Shown: positions 1-6,600 of the stretch, piece after piece
Layout of the letters: each line of letters begins with the position of its first letter
How positions within the stretch are numbered: the first letter of the stretch is position 1
From: Armatimonadota bacterium
GTDB lineage: Bacteria; Armatimonadota; Zipacnadia; Zipacnadales; UBA5352
Direction of reading: 5' to 3'
Length of the DNA: 10,023 nt
NCBI GenBank assembly: GCA_034722055.1
Contig: JAYENL010000126.1
Span: 1 to 10,023, forward strand
Made by a program: the position numbers and the translations under genes
Notes under the pieces: generated by a model
Told to the model about the DNA's origin: nothing
The model's input: the letters and a program-made list of their open reading frames with translations, nothing else
Database searches by the model: none

Positions 1-1827
1 CCAATAGCTCGTGTGCGGCTCCCTGTCGCCCACAGTCACAACCGGCTGCAGCGACGCGTCCAGCGGCGCCAGCATCAGCCGCGCGCCGTTGGGCGCGGTG
101 GCGACCGTGCTGGTCCCCTGCAGCTCGATCTCGATGTCGGCCTCGAACTGGAAGTTCTGCTCGATCTCCGCTTCGCTCTGGTCTCCCGTCAGCACGTCCT
201 GCAGCACCCAGTAGCTCCCATCCACGAACAGGACGCGGCGCTCCCAGGTCACGGGCTTGACGGGCCGGAACGAGTAGTCGCTGACAAAGAGCGTGTAGTC
301 CGTGCCGTGCTCCCAGACGTTGCCAAGCGGCTCGGTAGTTTCGGCGACGGTGCCCTCGCTGTGGAACTCGTCCACGCCGTCCACCGTGATGGTGTTGTGC
401 AGAAAGCCGGAGGGCTGGCCGCCGATGAAGGCGTCCGGCTCATTGCTGGCGTAGCGCGTGCCCGAGGGGTCGATGATGAACTTCGCCCCCCAGGCCGTGA
501 TGACGAAGCTGAGCCGGTCGCCATGCTGGTGCGTCGTCCCCCACGGCCCGCCGTCGATCGCCATGTAGCGCGCCTTCGGCGACCAGTCGCTGCGCATGGT
601 GTAGTAGCCGCACCACTGGTCGTCGCCGGGCCGGGGCCAGACCAGGAATGGCGGTGCCGGCCCGGCTGCGCCGCGGGCGATGGTCTCCACCCACGCCATC
701 CCCAGCCAGTCCACAAGCGGCTGGTGGACGTACCCGGCCAGATCCCCGGCGTAGAGGTCGCCGAAGGACGGCAGCCGGCCGGTGGGGTCGCTCAGCGCCA
801 CCATCGCCGTCACCATGTTCCGCAGCCTGTCGCGGCGGGCCCTGATGGCCTCCTGCTCGCGGAGCATGAAGGCGAGGCGCTGCTGGGTCACCGACACGCT
901 GGCGGAGTAGGCGGTCGTGAGCTCCACGCACATCCCGTCGGGATAGAAGGCATCGTCGAGGTACTGCGCCACGAGCTCCGCGTCATAGGCCAGCCACTCC
1001 TGCGCCGCCGGGAAGTCGCGCAGGATCGCGCAGGAATGCGCCATCGCGCTGATCATGGCGCCCCCGCCGTTATGCCTCCGGTCCACCCACGGCTTGATCT
1101 GCGTGGTCAGGTACCCGGTCTCCTCATACATGCGCTGCAGGATCGCCAGCAGCTCATCATCGCCCACCGCCGGCAAGCTGCGCAGCAGCGCCACGGTCTG
1201 CGACAGCTCCGTGAGCCGCCCCGGGATCATGCACCAGTACCACGGCTTCGCGGTGGTCGTGTGGTTCGTCCAGCCGTCGGTGCTGCTCTTCCCCACGAAC
1301 TCCTCAATCGGGTACGCCTCCATGTACCCGAGGATGTGCTCGACCATGAAGCGGACGTACTTCGGGTCCTGCGTGTGATGGGCTGCGCTCCGCAGCGTCC
1401 CCAGCACCGGGAAGCGCGTGCAGCACGACAGCGGCGAGTCGTACCAGTCGAACCCGGTCTCCGGCACCTCCCACACGCTGTAGCCGTCCCAGAAATGCCC
1501 CTCCAGCAGAGCGTCCGCGCGCGACGTGTCGAAGTCGGGGTCGCGCGCCATATCGCCCCAGTCCCTAATCAGCGACGAGTTGATCTGCATCGTCCGGAAG
1601 TGCTGCACGTACGCGGCGCCCGCCGCCGCCGCGTCGCCCGCCTCCAGCGCCTCTCGAACCGCGGCCAGCTCCGGCCTGTCGAGGTCCAGCAGTCGCAGAA
1701 ATGCCTCGCGGTCGGGCACACTGAACCAGTCCGGCTCCTCTGCCTGAGCGTGGCCGCGACCGGCGGTCCACAGGAATGCGGCCATCAGTGCCAGCGTCAC
1801 GACGTCGAAGCGCAGCCACTCAGCCAT
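1..1827 (-). CDS. Heparinase II/III-family polysaccharide lyase (PL12/heparinase III-like), secreted; 3'-truncated by the window edge (609 codons visible)
   Basis: Not in the ORF track because it has no stop in the window; translated by hand. ATG at 1827-1825, GGGAGGG RBS 6 nt upstream, open to position 1. Begins MAEWLRFDVVTLALMAAFLWTAGRGHA/QAEE (signal-peptide-like). LDLDRPELAAVREALEAGDAAAAGAAYVQHFR resembles the HepC N-terminus. Family motifs: RRHN, AFYPDGMCVELTTAY, LPSFGD, GYYTMRSDW, GPWGTTHQHGDRLSF, FIIDPSG, HNTITVDG, WERRVLFV. Confidence 0.9.
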   Translation of the reverse strand, partial: MAEWLRFDVVTLALMAAFLWTAGRGHAQAEEPDWFSVPDREAFLRLLDLDRPELAAVREALEAGDAAAAGAAYVQHFRTMQINSSLIRDWGDMARDPDFDTSRADALLEGHFWDGYSVWEVPETGFDWYDSPLSCCTRFPVLGTLRSAAHHTQDPKYVRFMVEHILGYMEAYPIEEFVGKSSTDGWTNHTTTAKPWYWCMIPGRLTELSQTVALLRSLPAVGDDELLAILQRMYEETGYLTTQIKPWVDRRHNGGGAMISAMAHSCAILRDFPAAQEWLAYDAELVAQYLDDAFYPDGMCVELTTAYSASVSVTQQRLAFMLREQEAIRARRDRLRNMVTAMVALSDPTGRLPSFGDLYAGDLAGYVHQPLVDWLGMAWVETIARGAAGPAPPFLVWPRPGDDQWCGYYTMRSDWSPKARYMAIDGGPWGTTHQHGDRLSFVITAWGAKFIIDPSGTRYASNEPDAFIGGQPSGFLHNTITVDGVDEFHSEGTVAETTEPLGNVWEHGTDYTLFVSDYSFRPVKPVTWERRVLFVDGSYWVLQDVLTGDQSEAEIEQNFQFEADIEIELQGTSTVATAPNGARLMLAPLDASLQPVVTVGDREPHTSYW

Positions 1828-1833
1828 CGCTTG

Positions 1834-1840
1834 CCCTCCC
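1834..1840 (-). promoter_or_regulatory. Shine-Dalgarno site of the lyase gene
   Basis: GGGAGGG on the minus strand, 6 nt before ATG 1827. Confidence 0.7.
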
Positions 1841-1854
1841 AGACGAAGAAGCGC

Positions 1855-2754
1855 CTATCCCGGCGCCTGCTCGGCCACGGACTCTCGGACCTCCGCAAGC
1901 GTGGCCGGCGTCACGGTCAGGCCCAGTGCCGCCGCCTGCACCTCCACGGCATCTGCCACGACCTCCAGCGCGCGGCGGGCGGGCTCGTCATCCTCGCCGT
2001 ACTCCCGCGTGTTGTGCGTCATAATCACCAGCGACTTCAGCCACCGGCCCTCCGCCACCTGCCGCGCGAGGTGCCGCCGGATCAGGTCCGGGCCCCACTG
2101 CTCGATCTCCGGCCGCTCCAGCCGCAGGTGCCGCGCGTCGCCCGGGACGGCCTCCGGCCCGGCCACGTCGCGCAGGTCCACGGCGGTCGGAAGCTCCAGG
2201 AAGGGCAGCTCGCCCGCGGCCAGCGGACTCGTCGCGGAGGCCCAGTGCCCGAACGGATCCGCGCCCACCCAGTCGGCCGCGCGCTCGGCCATCGCCCGCC
2301 CCGGCAGCGACACGCTCCCATGCGTGAATCCCAGCTCCACCAGGATCCCGAAGGTCGCCTCGCTGGCCGAGAAGCAGCCCGGGCGGAAGCCCCGCGGGGC
2401 CGCGCCCAGCGCCGCCTCGAGGCGATCTCTGCCGGACTCGAGCAGCTCCCGCTGGCTCTCGGGCGGCAGCTCGCCCAGGTGCGCGTCGATGCCGTAGTCC
2501 ACGGTCTGCGGGTGCATGTGCATCGCCAGCTCCGCCCCGCGCTCGCCCAGCTCCCGCAGCACGTCGGCCTGCACCTCGGCCACCCGCGGAATCACGAACA
2601 GCGTCACCCGCTGCCCCCGCGCCGCGAGGGCCGCCACGTACCCGCGCATCGCCCGCTCGCTCAGCTCCCAGTCAGCCGGCCCGCCGGTCGCCACCTCCTC
2701 GGCGATCGGCTCGCAATCCATCGTCCAGCTTGCATAGAGCCTGTCGCTGGCCAT
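1855..2754 (-). CDS. Polysaccharide deacetylase family protein (NodB homology/CE4 superfamily), no signal peptide, 299 aa
   Basis: NodB-type motifs in the expected order: WTMDCE (motif 1), VTLFV, ELAMHMHP (metal histidines), QRELL..GRDRLEAALGAAPRGFRPGCFS (motif 3), LVELGF, LELPT, LVIMTHN (motif 5). AGGAGGT RBS upstream; TAG stop at 1857-1855. Confidence 0.88.
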   Translation of the reverse strand: MASDRLYASWTMDCEPIAEEVATGGPADWELSERAMRGYVAALAARGQRVTLFVIPRVAEVQADVLRELGERGAELAMHMHPQTVDYGIDAHLGELPPESQRELLESGRDRLEAALGAAPRGFRPGCFSASEATFGILVELGFTHGSVSLPGRAMAERAADWVGADPFGHWASATSPLAAGELPFLELPTAVDLRDVAGPEAVPGDARHLRLERPEIEQWGPDLIRRHLARQVAEGRWLKSLVIMTHNTREYGEDDEPARRALEVVADAVEVQAAALGLTVTPATLAEVRESVAEQAPG

Positions 2755-2757
2755 CCG

Positions 2758-2764
2758 ACCTCCT
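2758..2764 (-). promoter_or_regulatory. Shine-Dalgarno site of the deacetylase gene
   Basis: AGGAGGT on the minus strand, 3 nt before ATG 2754. Confidence 0.7.
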
Positions 2765-2789
2765 CAGTCACCGGCCTCCGGCACCGGCG

Positions 2790-5681
2790 CTATTCGCGTC
2801 GCAGCACGAAGACGCGCCCGGACTCCACCTCGTCCAGGCGGAGTTGTGCCGCGCCCCCGTCCACCGTGCACTCCGCCGGCACCAGCCCCTCCGCCGTGGC
2901 CTCAAACGCGGTCACGGCGTCCAGGTACCGGGGCAGCTCGACCGTCACCGTGAGGTCCCGCGCGGGCTGGATCTCCGGGGGCTCCGGCTTGCTGGCGGGG
3001 ATGTGGTTCGCGACCGCCACGACGATGGTGTCCGGCCCGCACAGCAGCGCGCCCGCCCACACGCGCTCCTTCGGCCAGCGCTCCTCACCGACCACGCCCG
3101 TGTCCACGGTCCCGGCGTCGGTTGAGGCCCAATCCACCGGGCAGCCGAGCAGCAGGTCGTCCTCGACAGTCGCGATGAGGGCGTTCATGGCCGCGATCTC
3201 CTGGCGCGCGAGGTCGTTGCTCTGCCAGCCGCCCGCGCCGGCCGAGTAGACCCAGCTCGTCAGGCCCTTCATGCCCGCGCCGATGGCCTGCACCACGTTC
3301 TGGCGGTACTCCGCCGGGATCGGCCCGCGGCGATTGCTGGGCACGCCCTCGCCCTTGCGCCAGCCGAAGGCCTCCAGGCATGCGTAGAGCCGCCGCGGCG
3401 CCCCGCAGCGGCGCACGAAGTCCAGGCTCTCGCGCACGTAGGCGTGATCGGCGCCGTAGAAGTTGATCGGGTAGGGATCGAAGCAGGCGATGTCCGCGAG
3501 CTGCCCGTAGACGCCCCAGTTCAGTGGCCGGGTGGTCCCGTTCATGATCACCCAGGTGGCCGTCCGCGGGGCCTGCGTCCGCACCAGCGTGGGCCAGCCG
3601 GAGTCCATCAGCCGTCGCGCCTGGTAGCCCAGCCCCGTGTTGTATCCGCCGCCGCGGTTGTCGTGCGCGTCCGGCTCGTCAGGGCCCATGATGAACAGCA
3701 CGCGCTCGTGGGCATCGAACATGCGGTGCGTGTTCGTTACGGTGAAGATGCCGTGCTCCTCACAGTCCTCCAGCGAGCGGTGATGCCACATGCCCAGGTT
3801 CATGTTCATCTCGTCGCACATCTCCGAGGGGACGTGGATGGAGCTGCGCGGGAAGATCCAGGGCATGACGCGGAACTGCGCGGCGACGGTCTCGCCCGAG
3901 AGCGTCGTCGCGCTCACCGCGTGGTAGGACATCGGCTGCAGCGTCCGGGGCAGCTCCACGACTGCCAGCGCCACGCCGTCCCGGAAGTCTCGGCCGTACC
4001 ACGAGGCGTCGCTGAGCCGCTCGCCGTCCAGCGCCAGCTCGGACAGCTCGGCGGGAACCGCCTCTCCCATCGGCCGCAGGTAGACGTAGAGCCTCTCCCC
4101 CGTCTCATCGGTCGTGACGTAGTCGATCACGGCTGCGGGGTGCTCGTAGGGGATGCGCACGCTGACGGTGGGCGCGTTCTCGCATGGGATGCGAAGCGAC
4201 GCAGCTCGGCCCTCGGGCCGCCGGCGGAAGCGGATGTACAGCTCGGCGCATTGTTCCGGAGGGATCAGGCGCGGTCGGCAGCGGTACCACACCACCCCGC
4301 GGGCATCCCACTCGTCGGTCTCGAAGTCCACGTAGCCCTCCTCGACCGGCGCTCCATTGAGCTGGATGGGAGCGCTCACCCGCACGGACTCCCGTCCACG
4401 GTTGCGCAGAATCACCCGCAGCGCGCCGAAGTCCTCGTGCTCGTCGTAGATGCCCTGCAGGCCGGCGTGGATCAGCCCCACCTCCTGCTGCGCCTGGCGC
4501 CCCTCGACCGCCTGCGAGTCCGCCGGCGGGAGCGGGTCGGGCAGGTAGTGCGCGCTGACCACCTCCAGCCCCCGGGCTGGCGGCAGCTCCGGCTTCGGCG
4601 CCCACTGTGGACCTCCCCACCCCGCAATCGCGATCTCCCGCACGATGACGGCGCCTGAGTCCCCCGCCGTCACGCGCAGCTCGTGCAGCCCCGCAGGGCG
4701 CCGATCCAGCTCCGCGAACACCACGCGGTCCTCGTCGAAGTAGCTGGCCGCATTGAACGCCCCGACCTGCTCCCCGTCCCACAGCACCCGCATCTCCCGC
4801 GAGCCGTCCCGCACCGCGCGGATCGTCAGCCGCGCCAGCAGCGGCCTGGGCTGATCCGTCCGCACAAAGGCCACCAGCGACAGCGGCGAGCGCCGGTCGT
4901 GGAGGTAGGCGCGACGCAGCCTGAAGCCCCCCGATTCGTCGGTGTCCAGGGCGGGCACCTCGCCTGGCGCCACCAGCCAGCCGTCCGCGTCCTCGTAGTA
5001 GTGCGGCGCACGGTGCTCGGGCGGATGCGCGGCGTCCAGCGTGATGCTGCGCCAGCCCTCGCGCTCGCGCAGCCGCCCCCACCGCGCGCGCAGCTCAGCC
5101 TGTGGATCGCCTGCGGGGCCGGGCGGCTCCCCCACCGTGATCTCAACACGCAGCTCGCTCACGGTGTTCGAGACGATGGTCTCCAGCCCCGAGAAGTTGT
5201 CCATCACCACTCGCAGCCACACCTCGGTCGCGCCGGTGACCTGCGCGGCGTCCTCGGGCGCGAGCGTGAGCGGCTCCGTCTGCCAGCCGTTGGCGTCGCC
5301 CTCCTGGTCGCTGCTGCTGGCGACCACGACCCAGTCCAGGCCGTTGGTCGAGGCCGAGAGGCTGTTGCGCCCGCCCCAGTTCCGGGCGTTGGCACGCTGC
5401 TGCACCGTCACGCTCAGGTCGGTGATGAGCCGCTCCCCGTGGAAGCGATAGATGAGCGTCCGGTATCGGTTGGGACCGCGGTTGGTCACCGCCCCCTCCT
5501 GCCAGATCTCCGGGCCGGCGTTCTTCAGGAAGGCATCGGCGAGGAACTTCGGCGTCGAGAAGTCATCCGCGTATACGAACCGCCCGTCCTCGTCAGGCTC
5601 GATCAGCACGCCTCTCCCGGCGCCCGCGGCACCCACCACGCACACGGCCATGGTGAGCGCCACCACGCTGATCCTGCGCAT
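2790..5681 (-). CDS. Secreted multidomain hypothetical protein with a C-terminal putative glycoside hydrolase TIM barrel (about 963 aa; alternative start 5696 gives 968 aa)
   Basis: Long ORF in the operon direction. Signal peptide MRRISVVALTMAVCVVGAAGA. GGAGG lies 8 nt before ATG 5681, favouring it over 5696. The N-terminal ~610 aa is beta-rich (e.g. SLSASTNGLDWVVV, jelly-roll-like). The C-terminal region has FIMGPDEPD, ADIACFDPYP, YACLEAFGW and PIPAEYRQNVVQAIGAGMKGLTSWVY, a pattern typical of glycosidase-like barrels. The CDS is confident; the function is inferred. Confidence 0.8.
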   Translation of the reverse strand: MRRISVVALTMAVCVVGAAGAGRGVLIEPDEDGRFVYADDFSTPKFLADAFLKNAGPEIWQEGAVTNRGPNRYRTLIYRFHGERLITDLSVTVQQRANARNWGGRNSLSASTNGLDWVVVASSSDQEGDANGWQTEPLTLAPEDAAQVTGATEVWLRVVMDNFSGLETIVSNTVSELRVEITVGEPPGPAGDPQAELRARWGRLREREGWRSITLDAAHPPEHRAPHYYEDADGWLVAPGEVPALDTDESGGFRLRRAYLHDRRSPLSLVAFVRTDQPRPLLARLTIRAVRDGSREMRVLWDGEQVGAFNAASYFDEDRVVFAELDRRPAGLHELRVTAGDSGAVIVREIAIAGWGGPQWAPKPELPPARGLEVVSAHYLPDPLPPADSQAVEGRQAQQEVGLIHAGLQGIYDEHEDFGALRVILRNRGRESVRVSAPIQLNGAPVEEGYVDFETDEWDARGVVWYRCRPRLIPPEQCAELYIRFRRRPEGRAASLRIPCENAPTVSVRIPYEHPAAVIDYVTTDETGERLYVYLRPMGEAVPAELSELALDGERLSDASWYGRDFRDGVALAVVELPRTLQPMSYHAVSATTLSGETVAAQFRVMPWIFPRSSIHVPSEMCDEMNMNLGMWHHRSLEDCEEHGIFTVTNTHRMFDAHERVLFIMGPDEPDAHDNRGGGYNTGLGYQARRLMDSGWPTLVRTQAPRTATWVIMNGTTRPLNWGVYGQLADIACFDPYPINFYGADHAYVRESLDFVRRCGAPRRLYACLEAFGWRKGEGVPSNRRGPIPAEYRQNVVQAIGAGMKGLTSWVYSAGAGGWQSNDLARQEIAAMNALIATVEDDLLLGCPVDWASTDAGTVDTGVVGEERWPKERVWAGALLCGPDTIVVAVANHIPASKPEPPEIQPARDLTVTVELPRYLDAVTAFEATAEGLVPAECTVDGGAAQLRLDEVESGRVFVLRRE

Positions 5682-5741
5682 GCTCCTCGCCTCCATGGTC
5701 TCCGCAATATCGGACTCGTGCAGGGCGCCACCGAGCCGCCA

Positions 5742-6551
5742 TCATGCCAACCACGCCTCGACCCGCTCCCGGACGCGCGCGGCGCGAGCGTTGGTGTCCT
5801 CAAGGTCCCCGCCCCCGAGGCACTCGACCATGACCGGCCCGCTCGTGAAGCCGCCAGCACACAGAATGTCGAACATCGCCTCGAAGTCCACCTCGCCGGT
5901 GCCCGGCTCGATGGTCACCGGCCCCCCCACCCCGCCTCTCTGGTCCTTGATGATCGCCCCCACGACGTGCGGCGCCACATCCTCCAGGTTCTCGAGCGGA
6001 TCGCCGCCCGTGAAGTACAGCACGTTTCCTGGGTCGTAGTAGATGCCGAAGTTCGGGTGATCGACCCGCTCCACCACCCGCACGAGGTCCGCGCAGGTGG
6101 CGCCGATGCCTCCGTGCGGCTTCAGTGTCACCGTCACGCCCCTGTCCACGCCGTAGACTGCTGCCTCGCGCAGCACGGTCAGCAGCGTCTCGTTGAGCGA
6201 CTCCTCCGGCGTCCCGCACGAGATGTAGTAGGGCACGCCCACCGCCTCCATCACATCGAGCACCGCGCACGCCTCCTGCACGGCCGCCTCCGCGCCCTCG
6301 TGCAGGGGGCACCGCGAGGTGTGGTGCAGCGATATCTCGGTCGTCGGCGTGAGCCCGTGCCGGTCCAGCGACTCGCGAATCGCCGCGATCTTCTCAGCGC
6401 TCGTGCCGGGCAGCAGCTCCGCCTCCGGGTGGCGCATGAAGCCCATGTATCGGTAGCCGGCACCGACCACACCGCTCAGGAACTCCTCCCACGTGAAGCT
6501 CGTCCACGGCCGCGCGAACGCACCGATCTGATAGTCGCCTGCCATGGTCAT
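5742..6551 (-). CDS. Sugar phosphate isomerase/epimerase family protein (xylose isomerase-like TIM barrel, AP_endonuc_2), 269 aa; alternative start 6545
   Basis: Typical layout: GAGYRYMG, IRESLDRHGL, AAVYGVDRGVTVTLKPH, VERVDHPNFGIYYDPGN, IKD, PGTGEVDFEAMFDILCAGGFTSGPVMVE. GGGAGAGGAG RBS upstream; no signal peptide. Confidence 0.9.
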   Translation of the reverse strand: MTMAGDYQIGAFARPWTSFTWEEFLSGVVGAGYRYMGFMRHPEAELLPGTSAEKIAAIRESLDRHGLTPTTEISLHHTSRCPLHEGAEAAVQEACAVLDVMEAVGVPYYISCGTPEESLNETLLTVLREAAVYGVDRGVTVTLKPHGGIGATCADLVRVVERVDHPNFGIYYDPGNVLYFTGGDPLENLEDVAPHVVGAIIKDQRGGVGGPVTIEPGTGEVDFEAMFDILCAGGFTSGPVMVECLGGGDLEDTNARAARVRERVEAWLA

Positions 6552-6561
6552 CTCCTCTCCC
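6552..6561 (-). promoter_or_regulatory. Shine-Dalgarno region of the isomerase/epimerase gene
   Basis: GGGAGAGGAG directly upstream of ATG-ACC-ATG; compatible with either start. Confidence 0.65.
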
Positions 6562-6595
6562 GAGAGCGCACAGTCCGCTGCAGCGCGCCTCCCGG
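6560..6595 (-). other. Putative intercistronic RNA stem-loop (no U-tract)
   Basis: mRNA-sense CCGGGAG(G)CGCGC-11 nt loop-GUGCGCUCUCGG: 12 bp stem with two G-U pairs and one bulge, between the stop at 6601 and the next RBS. Paired by hand. Confidence 0.4.
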
Positions 6596-6600
6596 CACCG

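Noticed and set aside
1612..1640. GCC/CGC triplet run
   Set aside because: Encodes the Ala-rich helix GDAAAAGAA of the lyase; not an independent repeat.
1828..1857. Deacetylase and lyase are in frame, separated by one TAG and nine sense codons (possible readthrough fusion)
   Set aside because: The lyase has its own RBS and signal peptide. In-frame junctions arise one time in three and short GC-rich spacers rarely contain stops. No recoding signal seen.
13..3249. 1078-aa plus-strand ORF
   Set aside because: Antisense shadow in codon register with the lyase and deacetylase genes. Arg/His-rich with no recognisable motifs; such ORFs are expected in high-GC coding DNA.
5682..5744. Isomerase and the secreted 963-aa protein are in frame across one TGA (possible selenocysteine/readthrough or split gene)
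   Set aside because: The TIM barrel is complete at the stop, the downstream gene has an RBS and signal peptide, and no SECIS-like element is evident.
6576..6585. Perfect 10-bp palindrome CGCTGCAGCG as a possible operator
   Set aside because: Short and GC-rich, not repeated at other junctions, and no promoter-like sequence in the 49-bp gap.
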